From the NCBI GenBank assembly GCA_963716255.1, contig OY970303.1:4224001-4288000 (forward strand): DNA of 64,000 bases, given 5' to 3'. The position numbers were made by a program, and so were the translations under genes. How positions within the stretch are numbered: the first letter of the stretch is position 1; each line of letters opens with the position of its first letter. The DNA is from an uncultured Gemmatimonadales bacterium (GTDB lineage Bacteria; Gemmatimonadota; Gemmatimonadetes; Longimicrobiales; Longimicrobiaceae). Below are positions 20,068-30,022 of the stretch, in pieces. Below the pieces are notes generated by a model. That model saw nothing but the letters and a program-made list of their open reading frames with translations, was not told where the DNA came from and did no database searches.

Positions 20068-21339
20068 TCAAGCGACCGTGTTCGCGTTCAGTCCCGCGAT
20101 GATCTCCACTGCCAGGGCGTCGCTGGCCTCGTCCCACGACGGAACTGCCACCGGCTCGGTGACCGCATCGCCGGCCTGAACCAGGTGCTCCGAGTGCAGA
20201 AGGGCTTCGGCCTCCAGCCGGGTCTTGGCTTCGATGCTGAGATCGGTGGCGATCGCGATGCAGCGCCGCGCTGCCTCTACGGCAAGCGCGTGTTCCCCGA
20301 TCGCTTTGGCCCCATGTGCCATGTCGAGCAGTGCGGGGGCGCACCCGTCCACCGCGGCCAGGTCGTCCACCAGCTTCCAGGCCGCGTCCCACGCCTCGTC
20401 GAAAGCTTCACGGTCTCCAGCCCCGCCGGCTGCGCGCACGATGTTCGAGAGCACGAACAGGCGGTCGGTCGGCTGTCTGAAATGGGGGAGCAGGGCCATG
20501 AACACAGCCTGCGCCCGCGTGCAGAACCCCTGCAGAGACCAGATGAGGGCGAGGTCGTGCGCCACTCGTGGCAGATATGCGTGGCCAGGCCCGTACAACC
20601 GGTACACTTCCTTCGCCCAGGTCTCGGCAGCCGCGAGGTTGTCCGCCTCCGTCTCGGCCGTGCAGAGATAGTGGAGAGCCTGCCCCTCGACCTGCCTCAG
20701 CTCGCGCCGCCGCGCCACGCGCAGTCCACGCATCAGCGACTTGCGGGCGCGAGAAAAGTTTCCGCGCTGGGCCTGGATTCGCCCCATCCCGACCCAGGCC
20801 ATCACGTACGACTCCCAGTCGCCGCTGCGTCTCCCAAGTCCGGCGGCGCGCAGAAACCAGGTTTCCGCGCGCGGGTACTCGGCATGCCGGCGCGCCAGGC
20901 GCCCCGCCCCAAACGCGAGTGACGCGTCCTCCGGGCACGTGCTCGCCGCAGCTTCGGCGAAGGCGAGCGCGGTGGCGGTGGCTCCACGCGGCTCGGCCCA
21001 GCGGGCGATCGCCGCGCATGCCTCCGCCACCACGTCCTCCCGGATGGAAGTGGGGCGCTCCACCATCCCCAGGAGCACGCGGAGGTGGGAGCGCAGCTCG
21101 GTGTCGTCGAGCGGCACGGCGCGTGCTTTCGCGGCACCCGGCGCGAACAGCTGCGACCGCTCCTTGGGCGGCGCCTGCGACCAGAGCTGCACGTCGCGGA
21201 ACGCCTGCCAGAGCGCGAACCCCGGCGGTCCCGACAGCTCATCCAGCACCACGGCACCAGCGAACGAGTGGGAGGCGTGCACCGGGAGGGGCGGGATCCG
21301 CCAGCGGCGGTCGGGACTGGGGCGGCGGTCTCTGGACAT
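20068..21339 (-). CDS. Tetratricopeptide-repeat (TPR-like) protein
   Basis: Repeated helical A/G-L-A patterns (AFGAGRLARRHAEYPRAETWFLRA; AWVGMGRIQAQRGNFSRARKSL; ALLDMAHGAKAIGEHALAVEAARRC); start at ATG 21339. Confidence 0.75.
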   Translation of the reverse strand: MSRDRRPSPDRRWRIPPLPVHASHSFAGAVVLDELSGPPGFALWQAFRDVQLWSQAPPKERSQLFAPGAAKARAVPLDDTELRSHLRVLLGMVERPTSIREDVVAEACAAIARWAEPRGATATALAFAEAAASTCPEDASLAFGAGRLARRHAEYPRAETWFLRAAGLGRRSGDWESYVMAWVGMGRIQAQRGNFSRARKSLMRGLRVARRRELRQVEGQALHYLCTAETEADNLAAAETWAKEVYRLYGPGHAYLPRVAHDLALIWSLQGFCTRAQAVFMALLPHFRQPTDRLFVLSNIVRAAGGAGDREAFDEAWDAAWKLVDDLAAVDGCAPALLDMAHGAKAIGEHALAVEAARRCIAIATDLSIEAKTRLEAEALLHSEHLVQAGDAVTEPVAVPSWDEASDALAVEIIAGLNANTVA

Positions 21340-21626
21340 GGTTTTTGACGGCAAACGGACGTTGGCCGGAGTTGAAGGAGAGCTGGGTTGAGGCACTGTA
21401 GGGGACAATAATCGAGTGTCGGCAGCCACGCCAGGTTCTTAAGTCCCTAACAGGCCACAATGCCGTCGGGAGGCGTTTGCTGACCGTGGCGGTAACGGGT
21501 CGGGCACGCGCCTCCGGCCAGGGGAGGAGCTGCGGGTGAGGTGAAATGGCGGCGGGGTTCGGGGAAGATGCCGTGGCACACCGGGCAGGGTCAACCCGGC
21601 GTGCCGGCAGAATCGCACGTTTCCTG

Positions 21627-23084
21627 TCACACGTTTGCTGCTGCGTCCCGGAGGAGCTGCCACGCGTGCCGGACGTTGTCCTCGGTGGTGCGGAGGTTCC
21701 CCACGGCCATCCGCAGCGCGAAGCGGCCGCGGATGCGGGTGTGCGACAGGAACGCCTCCCCCGTGGCGTTGACCCGCTCCAGGATGCGCTCGTTGAGCCG
21801 GTCGGCGTCCTCCTCGCGAGTATCGGCCGGGTGCGCCCGGAACACCACCGTGCTGAACGGAACGGGGGCCACCCTCTCCCAGCCGGACGCGTCGTCCACC
21901 CAAGCGGCGAAAACCCTCGCCAGGCGGCAGTGCTCGCGGATGCGGGCGGCGATCCCCTCCCGCCCGAAGTAGCGGAGCACCATCCACAGCTTGAGCGCGC
22001 GGAAGCGGCGGCCCAGCGCGGGCCCAAAGTCCATCAGGTTGGTGGCCGCCCCGCCCTCCGGGGTGATCAGGTACTCCGGGAGGATGGAAAAGGCGTGCGC
22101 CACCCGCTCCGGCCGGCGCACGAAGAGCGCGGAGCAGTCCACCGGGACGAAGAGCCACTTGTGCGGGTTGACCACCAGCGAGTCGGCCCGCTCACAGCCG
22201 TCCAGGATCCAGCGCATCTCCGGGGCGAGCGCGGCGGAGCCGGCGTAGGCGGCGTCCACGTGCAGCCAGAGCCCGTGCCGCTCCGCGATCTCCGCGATCT
22301 CCTGCACCGGGTCGACGCTGGTGGTGGAGGTGGTGCCCACCGTCGCCACCACGCAGAACGGCTTCCACCCCGCTTCCAGGTCCTCCCGGATGGCGGCCTC
22401 CAGCGCCGCCGGGTCCATGCGGAACTCGCCGTCCGTGGGGATGCGGCGGGTTCCCGCGCGCCCGATCCCCAGTGTGATCCCGGCCTTTTCGATGGACGAG
22501 TGCGCCTCCTCCGAGCAGTACAGCCGCAGCCGCGGGACGTCGCGCCCGCTCATCCCCTCCTCGCGGATCCCCAGCCCCGCCTCCTCGCGCGCCGTGGCGA
22601 TGGCGGTGAGCGAGGAGATGGAGGCAGTGTCCTGGATGTGCCCTTTGAAGTCCGCCGGGAGACCCATCATCTGCCGCAGCCAGTCCAGCGCGCGCTCCTC
22701 CAGCTCGGTGGGCGAGGGGCCGGTGCGCCAGAGCATGGCGTTGATGTTGAGCGCCGCCGCCAGCATCTCGCCCAGCACGCCGGGCGCGGAGCCGCTGATG
22801 GCGAAGTAGGCGAAGAAGTCCGGGTGGTTCCAGTGGGTGATTCCCGGGACGATGGCAGCGTCGAAGTCCCGGAGGATGTCGGCCATCGGCTCCGGGAGCT
22901 CGGGAGCCGCGGCGGGGAGCCTGGCGGCGGTCGCGCCGGGCTGCACGCGCGCCAGCACGGGGTACGCTTCGATGTCGCGGAAGTAGTCGGCCATCCAGTC
23001 CACCACGGCGTGGGCGTGGCGGCGGAACTCCTCCGGGTCCATGTCGCCCAGGTCGTTGCCGGCGGGCAGGTTGGTGGCGCTCAT
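21627..23084 (-). CDS. PLP-dependent aromatic-L-amino-acid decarboxylase (group II)
   Basis: PGITHWNHPDFFAYF, SPTELE, HVDAAYAG, NPHKW (PLP Lys), RRFRALKLW. Confidence 0.92.
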   Translation of the reverse strand: MSATNLPAGNDLGDMDPEEFRRHAHAVVDWMADYFRDIEAYPVLARVQPGATAARLPAAAPELPEPMADILRDFDAAIVPGITHWNHPDFFAYFAISGSAPGVLGEMLAAALNINAMLWRTGPSPTELEERALDWLRQMMGLPADFKGHIQDTASISSLTAIATAREEAGLGIREEGMSGRDVPRLRLYCSEEAHSSIEKAGITLGIGRAGTRRIPTDGEFRMDPAALEAAIREDLEAGWKPFCVVATVGTTSTTSVDPVQEIAEIAERHGLWLHVDAAYAGSAALAPEMRWILDGCERADSLVVNPHKWLFVPVDCSALFVRRPERVAHAFSILPEYLITPEGGAATNLMDFGPALGRRFRALKLWMVLRYFGREGIAARIREHCRLARVFAAWVDDASGWERVAPVPFSTVVFRAHPADTREEDADRLNERILERVNATGEAFLSHTRIRGRFALRMAVGNLRTTEDNVRHAWQLLRDAAANV

Positions 23085-23116
23085 TCGTGTCTTCTGCTTC
23101 GGATGGTTGTGTGCGT

Positions 23117-23232
23117 GGGGCCGCTCCGGAGCCGGACGATACTGCCGTCCGTCTCCTGCGCGGGTCGCGGAGCCAGCGGAAACTGCCCGGCTGTCTCCCT
23201 CCGCAACGGATTTTATGGGTACAGCGAACGGC
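23117..23232 (+). repeat. Family-2 modular hairpin repeat, copy B (two units) in divergent intergenic region
   Basis: Same 46-nt head as 7500; second unit ggagccagcggaaactgcccggctgtctcc. Confidence 0.85.
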
Positions 23233-23345
23233 AACGGCAACAGGCGACTTTCCGTAGAGCGCACTTCGTACCGCCATTCTACTTTCGCACTCCTCCCCGT
23301 AACTTACCGTCGCTCCCGCGCCGCCGCACCCGAACTGCACCCCGC

Positions 23346-24245
23346 ATGATCCAGGTTTCACCCGAAGTCCAGGCCGCCCTCGACGACGAGCGTCCGGTCG
23401 TGGCGCTGGAGTCCACCGTGCTGGCGCACGGGCTGCCGCGCCCGCGCAACCTGGAGGTGGGGCTGGCGCTGGAGGCGGAGGTGCGCGCCGGGGGTGCAGT
23501 CCCGGCCACCGTGGGGGTGCTCGGCGGGGTGCCGAAGGTGGGACTGTCCGCGGCGGAGGTGGAGCGCATGGCGACGGCGGGGGGAGTGCTGAAGCTGTCC
23601 ACGCGCGACCTCCCGGTCGCGGTGGCGCGCGGGGCGGACGGCGCCACGACGGTGGCGGCCACGATGTGGCTGGCGGACGCGGCGGGGGTGTGGGTGTTCG
23701 CCACGGGCGGGATCGGCGGGGTGCACCGCGGCGGGGCGAACGACGTGTCCGCCGACCTCACGGAGCTGGGGCGCACGGCGATGGTGGTGGTGTGCGCGGG
23801 GGCAAAGGCGATCCTGGACCTCCACGCCACGCGGGAGGCGCTGGAAACGGCCGGCGTGCTGGTGGCCGGGTGGCGCACGGACGAGCTCCCCGCGTTCTAC
23901 TCGGCGCGGAGCGGGCTGCCGGTGGACGTGCGCGTGGACACCGCGGAGGAAGCGGCGGCGCTGTGGAGCGCGCAGCAGGAGCTGGGCGCGCCCGGTGCGC
24001 TCCTCCTGTGCGTGCCGCCGCCGCCGACCCACGCGCTGGACGCGGACGAGGTGGACGCCGCCATCCGCCGGGCGCTGGCGCTGGCCGGGGAGCAGGGGGT
24101 GCGTGGCAAGGAGGTGACTCCGTTCCTGCTCCGCGCCGTCGCGGACGAGACCGGCGGACGCTCGCTGGAGGCCAACGTCGCGCTGCTGCGGAACAACGCG
24201 CGGGTGGCGGCGGAGGTGGCGACAGCGATGACGGCAGGGATTTAG
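23346..24245 (+). CDS. psuG: Pseudouridine-5'-phosphate glycosidase
   Basis: PVVALESTVLAHGLP, GATTVAAT, FATGGIGGVHRG, DVSADL, GKEVTPFLL. Confidence 0.93.
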   Translation: MIQVSPEVQAALDDERPVVALESTVLAHGLPRPRNLEVGLALEAEVRAGGAVPATVGVLGGVPKVGLSAAEVERMATAGGVLKLSTRDLPVAVARGADGATTVAATMWLADAAGVWVFATGGIGGVHRGGANDVSADLTELGRTAMVVVCAGAKAILDLHATREALETAGVLVAGWRTDELPAFYSARSGLPVDVRVDTAEEAAALWSAQQELGAPGALLLCVPPPPTHALDADEVDAAIRRALALAGEQGVRGKEVTPFLLRAVADETGGRSLEANVALLRNNARVAAEVATAMTAGI

Positions 24246-24274
24246 GGAACAGGGACTGCGAGACCGAGCGACGC

Positions 24275-24889
24275 ATGACGACCAAGGATGGACTTCGCCG
24301 CGAGCTGCGGGAGCGGCTGCGCGGCCTCCCGCCGGGGGAGCGCGAGGCGGCGGGGCTGGCGGCGGAGGCCCGCGTGTGGACGGTGCCGGAGGTGGCTGCC
24401 GCGCGGGTGCTGCTGCTCTACGCGCACCTCCCCGGCGAGGTGCCCACGGACGCCATCGCGCGGGAAGCGCTGCGGCGCGGCGCCACCGTGGTCTACCCGC
24501 GCTGCGTCACCGGCACGCGCACGCTGACGCTGCATGCGCTGGAGCGGCTGGAGGCGCTGCGGGAGGGCGCCTACGGGATCCGCGAGCCGGACGTGGAGGC
24601 GTGCCCGCGGGTGGACGTGGACGCGGTGGACGCGGCGCTGGTGCCGGGGCTGGGGTGGGACCGCGCGGGAGGGAGGATCGGGCGCGGCGCCGGCTACTAC
24701 GACCGCCTCTTCGCCGACCCGGGGTGGCGCGGCTTCCGCTGCGGCCTCTTCTTCGCCGCGCAGGAGGCGCCCGCCGTGCCCACGGACCCCTGGGACGCGC
24801 CGCTGAACGCGGTGGTGACGGAGCGGGAGGTGTGGAGACGGGGAGGAACGGAAGTGCGGGAGTGCGAAGGTGCGGAAGTGCGAGAGTAA
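24275..24889 (+). CDS. 5-formyltetrahydrofolate cyclo-ligase
   Basis: K..LRRELR, GAYGIREP, LVPGLGWD..GGRIGRGAGYYDR, DPWD. Confidence 0.9.
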   Translation: MTTKDGLRRELRERLRGLPPGEREAAGLAAEARVWTVPEVAAARVLLLYAHLPGEVPTDAIAREALRRGATVVYPRCVTGTRTLTLHALERLEALREGAYGIREPDVEACPRVDVDAVDAALVPGLGWDRAGGRIGRGAGYYDRLFADPGWRGFRCGLFFAAQEAPAVPTDPWDAPLNAVVTEREVWRRGGTEVRECEGAEVRE

Positions 24890-25014
24890 CGGCAGTACGA
24901 AGCGCCCCCGCCGGGAGGCCGGTGGCGGCGCTTCGTTGCAGTGCTCCGCCTCTCCCGCCTGCGGGGGAAGGGGCCCGCCGTCGCGTGAGGGATCACGGCC
25001 CGGAGGGGCGAGAC

Positions 25015-26340
25015 GGTATGGACCGGGTAGATTGTTGACAGAATAGACCGGGAGGATGGTTGACACGGTAGCTTACGCGCTCGCCCACACCTAGGGAGAG
25101 CCATGCCGTGGAGACAGACCAACCCGATGGATGAGCGGATGAAGTTCGTCGTTCTCGCACAGGAGGGGCTCTACAGCATGACGGAGCTGTGCGAGCGGTT
25201 CGGCATCAGTCGCCAGGCCGGATACACTCGGCTGCACCGCTACGAGCAGGAGGGAATTGCGGGGCTGGCTTCCGGCAGCCATGCACCGAAGTCCTGTCCG
25301 CACCGCATGAAGGAGGAGGTCCGGACCGCGCTGCTGAAGGCCCGCAAAGCGCATCCGGATTGGGGCCCCCGTAAAATCCTGGTCTGGTTACGCCCGCGCC
25401 GACCCGAGTTGGAGTTGCCGGCGGCGAGCACGGTGGGAGACCTGTACAAGCGGGAGGGGCTGGTGGAGTCTCGGCCGCACCGGCGGGAGTGGTCTCACCC
25501 GGGGCGAGTCTCACACACGGTGGAGGCCGCCAACCAGCTGTGGAACGCCGACTTCAAGGGCGAGTTCCGCATGGGCGACGGGACGCTGTGCTACCCGCTG
25601 ACCGTCACGGACACTCACACCCGCTACCTGCTGGCCTGTGAGGGACTGAGTTCGACCGCGCACAGGGGAGCCTGCGCGAGCTTCCAGCATCTCTTTCGCG
25701 AACGGGGCCTTCCGCAGGCCATCCGCAGCGACAATGGAGGCCCGTTCTGCACGAAAGCCATCGCCGGGCTCTCGCGCCTGAGTGTCTGGTGGACGCAGAT
25801 GGGGATCAAGCACGAGCGGATCGAGCCGGCCCATCCGGAGCAGAACGGCTCGCACGAGCGGATGCATCGCACGCTCAAGGCGGGCACGCTGCGGCCCCCG
25901 GCGGCCAACGTCCAGGTGCAGCAGGAGCGATTCGATGCCTTCCGGCGCGAGTTCAACGAAGAGCGGCCTCACCAGGCGCTGGAGATGCAGACCCCGGGCT
26001 CGCTCTACGTGGCGTGCGAGCGAGAGATGCCGGAGCAAATCGCCCCGCCGCAGTACGCGGGGCATTGTGTGGTGCGCCGGGTGCGGGGTAACGGGATCCT
26101 GTACTTCCGCGACCGGACGATCTTCCTCAGCGAGTTGCTGATCGGGCAGGAGGTGGCGTTGGAGGAGATCGAGGACGGAGTGTGGTCGATCTACTTCTAC
26201 GACCTGCTCCTGGCGCGGCTGGACGAGCGAACGGGGGAACTCTCCGGCTGACGCCGGACACCCCCCGAGGTGGAACTTGATAGACCAGAAGTGTCAAGCA
26301 TCAACCCGGTCTGTGGTGTCAAGCATCAATCCGGTTGCTC
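25015..26340 (+). mobile_element. IS481-family insertion sequence (~1.33 kb)
   Basis: Imperfect ~50-bp terminal IRs each with two accgg...ttgaca submotifs; AGAC duplicated at 25011-25014 and 26341-26344 (exact end +/-1 bp uncertain). Confidence 0.85.
25103..26251 (+). CDS. IS481 family transposase (integrase core, rve)
   Basis: MPW start, HTH, WGPRKI, LWNADFKG, IRSDNG, PEQNGSHERMHRTLK, NEERPHQAL. Confidence 0.93.
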   Translation: MPWRQTNPMDERMKFVVLAQEGLYSMTELCERFGISRQAGYTRLHRYEQEGIAGLASGSHAPKSCPHRMKEEVRTALLKARKAHPDWGPRKILVWLRPRRPELELPAASTVGDLYKREGLVESRPHRREWSHPGRVSHTVEAANQLWNADFKGEFRMGDGTLCYPLTVTDTHTRYLLACEGLSSTAHRGACASFQHLFRERGLPQAIRSDNGGPFCTKAIAGLSRLSVWWTQMGIKHERIEPAHPEQNGSHERMHRTLKAGTLRPPAANVQVQQERFDAFRREFNEERPHQALEMQTPGSLYVACEREMPEQIAPPQYAGHCVVRRVRGNGILYFRDRTIFLSELLIGQEVALEEIEDGVWSIYFYDLLLARLDERTGELSG

Positions 26341-26463
26341 AGACCCCGCGGGCAGTTTCGCGGGGGCTCGACTCCGTTGGGCTGCGTTGTTTGCAGCCCT
26401 ACGGAGCCGAAGCCCGACCCCGGCGCCAGCCGGGGGCACGCCCGAATCCGCCCTGAAATGCCG

Positions 26464-27474
26464 TCACTGCTGCTGCGCCGACTCGCCGAGGCAGCGCGGA
26501 CCCTCCCACACCTTCCGCCACCGGCCGCCGCGGTCCTGGGAGATCGCCTCGTACCAGGCCTCGCTGGGCCCGTACACCTGCGCGAGGATGTCGGGGCCGC
26601 CGGTGCCGTTCCAGTTCAGGTAGTCCAGCATGCGGGGCGCCGCCTTGCCGGTGCGCCGGTAGTCGCGGACTTCCTGGTAGAACGGCGTGTACCCGCTGCG
26701 CGTCTCGTAGCCGGCCACGTAGAAGATGCTGTACCCGTTGGGCTCGCCGGGGCCCACGGCGAGCTGGTCGCCCACCAGGTAGGTGGCGGCCATCTCGGGG
26801 TTGCCGCCCTGCACCACCTCGATGGCCTGCATGTCGCGCTGCGCCCCGGGCCAGCTGCGCGGCCGGGGGAGGCCGTTCTGGAGCACCAGCTTCTCGGCGA
26901 CGATGCTGGCGAAGGTGCGGATGCTGCCGTTGACCTGCGGGGGCGTGTACTCGCCGCGCACCTCGGGCTCCAGCCCCTTGCGGAAGGCGAGGAACTCGCC
27001 CACGTCGGCGGCGGCGGCGACGGTGGTGGCGGTGCCCACGGCGGTGGGGATGCCGCAGGCGGTGGCCGGGCCGTTGCCGGTGAGCGTCAGCGTTCCCACC
27101 GGCGCGCCGCGGCGGAAGAGCGCCAGCTGCGCGCCGGGCTCCAGCACCGCCTGGCGGAAGCGCGACTCGTACGCCTGCGGCGAAACGCCGGCCGGGCGGC
27201 GCAGGGTGCGCAGCGAGTCGCCCGCCACCTCGGCGACCGGGAACACCTGGGTGCCGGCGGTGCCCCTGACCACGTGGAAGATCACGGTGCCCGAGGGGAG
27301 CCCCAGGTCGGCGTAGGTCTGTGCGTCGGGGGTGATGTCGCGCACTCCGCCCGGGGGCGGAGGCGGCACCAGCTGCACGTCCGCGCCGCCCCAATTCACA
27401 TTGTCGCAGCCCGGGAGAGCGGTTAGAATCAGGAGCGCCGTGATCCCGGCGCGGGGCTTCGTCGCAATCGGCAT
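26464..27474 (-). CDS. Hypothetical lipoprotein
   Basis: Signal ending LPGC; high-GC3 coding frame; start ATG 27474. Confidence 0.75.
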   Translation of the reverse strand: MPIATKPRAGITALLILTALPGCDNVNWGGADVQLVPPPPPGGVRDITPDAQTYADLGLPSGTVIFHVVRGTAGTQVFPVAEVAGDSLRTLRRPAGVSPQAYESRFRQAVLEPGAQLALFRRGAPVGTLTLTGNGPATACGIPTAVGTATTVAAAADVGEFLAFRKGLEPEVRGEYTPPQVNGSIRTFASIVAEKLVLQNGLPRPRSWPGAQRDMQAIEVVQGGNPEMAATYLVGDQLAVGPGEPNGYSIFYVAGYETRSGYTPFYQEVRDYRRTGKAAPRMLDYLNWNGTGGPDILAQVYGPSEAWYEAISQDRGGRWRKVWEGPRCLGESAQQQ

Positions 27475-27613
27475 GGAGTGACCTGGTGGCTGCTGTCTCC
27501 GAACGGGCTTCCGGCGCCGGGACAAGCAAGTACCCGGCCATGCAGGCACGCCGGGGCCGCCTCCGGCGGCATGGAAGCAAGCTACGGATTCTTCGGGCGC
27601 TCTGCCAGGCTAA

Positions 27614-28093
27614 ATGATCGATCAAATCGAGTTCCGGCGGGTGATGGGACACTTCGCCTCCGGGGTGACGGTGGTCACCACCGTGCGGGGGGACGGGGAG
27701 CCGTGCGGGCTCACGGCGAGCGCGGTCTGCTCGGTGTCCGTGAACCCCGTGCTGGTGCTGGTGTGCGTGGAGCACGACGCCTACACGCACGGCTGCATCG
27801 TGGCCGCGGGGAAGTTCGCGGTCAACGTCCTGGCGGAGGAGGGCGGCGAGAGCCTGTCGCGCCGCTTCGCCACCTTCGAGGTGGGGGACAAGTTCCGCGG
27901 CGTGGCGTTCCGCGAGGAGCAGACCGGCGCCCCGGTGCTGGAGGGCTCGCTGGCCTGGCTGGACTGCCGCGTCACGCAGGCGGTCGAGGCGGGCGACCAC
28001 ACCATCTTCCTCGGCGAGGTGGTGGCCGGGGACGCGCGCGAGGGAACGCCGCTGGTCTACTACCGGGGGGGATATGGACGCTTCACCCCCTGA
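27614..28093 (+). CDS. Flavin reductase family protein
   Basis: FRRVMGHFASGVTVVT, SVSVNP, AGDHTIFLGEV, PLVYYRG. Confidence 0.92.
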   Translation: MIDQIEFRRVMGHFASGVTVVTTVRGDGEPCGLTASAVCSVSVNPVLVLVCVEHDAYTHGCIVAAGKFAVNVLAEEGGESLSRRFATFEVGDKFRGVAFREEQTGAPVLEGSLAWLDCRVTQAVEAGDHTIFLGEVVAGDAREGTPLVYYRGGYGRFTP

Positions 28094-28100
28094 GCGGCGC

Positions 28101-29561
28101 ATGGGCGCAACCGTCGCGTCGCGCGCGGCCCTGGTGGGGCTGGCGCTCGGGGTGGTGGGGATGGCCGGGGGAGGGCTGGTCCTCTTCCGCGCCGAGGGGG
28201 TGGTCGCCGCCGCCTCCACCGTGCTGGCCACCTTCGCCGTGGCGCTGGCCGCCGGGCTGTGGGCCGGGGTCCCGCCGGAGGAGGCCGGACCGGTGTCGCT
28301 CCCGGGGCGCTGGCTCTTCGCCGGCGTCGGGGTGGGGGTGGCGGGGATCTTCGCCACGGCGCTGGGGATCCTCAACCGCCTGGGCGGGCGGGGCGACGCG
28401 CTGCGCGTGCTGGGGCTCCTCTTCCTGATCGCGCTGCCGGTGTACGCGATCGGCTTTCTCCTCCCCCCGCTGGTGGGGTGGGCGGAAAGCGTCTTCGACC
28501 CGCTGGAGGAGGGCGACGAGGCGGCGGCGCGCCGCGCGCTGGGCGCCGTGGTCGTGGGCGTCCTCGCCGGGCTCGCCGCGGGGGCGCTGGCGGCGGGGTT
28601 CTTCCTGATCCCCAAGCTGAACCCGGGGCCGCTGCTGCTGGCGACCGCCGCGCTGCTCACCTCGCCGGTGCTCTTTCCGCGCGCCAAGCGGCCGGGCCCC
28701 GAGGAGCGGGTGCTGTGGGAGGTGGAGACGCCTTTCTCCACGCTGCGCGTGGTGGAGACCGCTTACCCGGGCGAGCGGCAGCCGGACCGCACGCTCTACC
28801 AGGACGACGAGATCGAGAGCGGGGAACTGGTGCGCAGCGGGGCGCCCACCTTCGCCTACGTGGCGGCCGGGGAGCGCTGGCTGGACGAGGTGTCCGGGCG
28901 CGGCGACGCGTACCTGTTCCTGGGCGGCGGGGCGTACACGCTGCCGCGCCGGGTGGCGGAGCGCGACCCATCGGCGCGGATCACGGTGGTGGAGCTGGAC
29001 CCGGAGGTGACGCGGGCGGCGTACCGCTGGTTCGGGCTGCGGCCGGAGCACGGCATCGTCTCGGTGCACGGCGACGCGCGGGCAGTGGCGGAGGGGTGGG
29101 CGGCGGAGGGGCGCGAGGGGTGGGACCGGGTGTACGTGGACGTGTACGGCGGGCGCGAGTCGCTCCCGCACTCGCTGGTGACGACGGAGGCGTTCGCCAC
29201 GCTGCGTGCCCTGCTGCGGCCCGGCGGGACGCTGGCGCTCAACGTCATCGGCACGGCCGTGGGCGAGGGGAGCCGGCGCTTCTGGAGCACGGTGCGCACG
29301 GCGGCGGAGTCGTTTCCGGCGGCGGAACTGTACTTTCACCTGGGGCGCGACTACCCGGAGCGGCAGAACTTCCTGCTGGCGCTCTCCCCCGACGCGGAGC
29401 GGAGCTGGCCAGCGCGCGCGGGGGTGTTCGAGCACTGGCCGGTGGAGGAGTGGCCGGACATGGAGGGCACGGTGGCGTTCCGCGACCGGGCCCCGGCGCG
29501 GGGACAGAGAAGCGCCGCGGTCTCCAGGGGAGACCGCGGCGCGGTGGGGGAGGGCGCGTAG
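28101..29561 (+). CDS. Fused membrane domain / spermidine-synthase-like SAM-dependent transferase
   Basis: N-terminal TM helices then LFLGGGAYTLP, VVELDPEV, GDAR, DVY, L.PGG..ALN. Confidence 0.82.
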   Translation: MGATVASRAALVGLALGVVGMAGGGLVLFRAEGVVAAASTVLATFAVALAAGLWAGVPPEEAGPVSLPGRWLFAGVGVGVAGIFATALGILNRLGGRGDALRVLGLLFLIALPVYAIGFLLPPLVGWAESVFDPLEEGDEAAARRALGAVVVGVLAGLAAGALAAGFFLIPKLNPGPLLLATAALLTSPVLFPRAKRPGPEERVLWEVETPFSTLRVVETAYPGERQPDRTLYQDDEIESGELVRSGAPTFAYVAAGERWLDEVSGRGDAYLFLGGGAYTLPRRVAERDPSARITVVELDPEVTRAAYRWFGLRPEHGIVSVHGDARAVAEGWAAEGREGWDRVYVDVYGGRESLPHSLVTTEAFATLRALLRPGGTLALNVIGTAVGEGSRRFWSTVRTAAESFPAAELYFHLGRDYPERQNFLLALSPDAERSWPARAGVFEHWPVEEWPDMEGTVAFRDRAPARGQRSAAVSRGDRGAVGEGA

Positions 29562-29573
29562 CCGGCGGGGGGC

Positions 29574-29903
29574 TCAGCGCGGCTTGCCGCGCCGCCCCTG
29601 CTTCTGCGCCTGCTGGATCTGCCCCTGCACGTGCTTGAGCGCCTGCTGGCGCTGCTCCAGGTGCCGCTTGGCGAGCTCGGCCTGCTTGAGCTTGGCGCCC
29701 TCGGCGCCCTTGTAGCGCGAGCGGTTCAGGAACTTGTTCATCAGCTTGAGCAGCGGCGCGCCCACGTACTTGAGCACCAGCGCCTTGCCCTTGTTCCCCT
29801 TCTGCTCGTGGTCGGCGAGGGCGTAGGGGAGCGCCTGGAGCGAGTCCTGGATCTGCCGGTGCATCTGCGCGGGGTCGCGCTTCTTTTTCTTCTGGTTCGC
29901 CAT
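29574..29903 (-). CDS. Small basic (Lys/Gln-rich) hypothetical protein
   Basis: Strong codon bias, MANQKKKKR start, convergent with upstream gene. Confidence 0.7.
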   Translation of the reverse strand: MANQKKKKRDPAQMHRQIQDSLQALPYALADHEQKGNKGKALVLKYVGAPLLKLMNKFLNRSRYKGAEGAKLKQAELAKRHLEQRQQALKHVQGQIQQAQKQGRRGKPR

Positions 29904-30022
29904 GGTTCCGGTCGGCGGATATCGTGGGCGGTGCCGGGTTTCCGGGATATCGGAGCGGTGCCGCGGCACCGTCGGAAACGGCGCCCGCGGGTGCTGACAA
30001 GCTAACGGTTATACACCGCTTT

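Larger units (their letters stand above)
24982..26453 (-). repeat. Family-1 structured repeat, copy 3, split by IS481-family element (parts 24982-25014 and 26345-26453)
   Basis: cgcgtgagggat...ggggcgagac | ccc gcgggcagtttcgcggggg... rejoins to the family consensus. Confidence 0.88.

Noticed and set aside
24246..24274. 6S RNA upstream of 5-formyl-THF cyclo-ligase
   Set aside because: Only ~30 bp between psuG and the gene; no room for 6S RNA.
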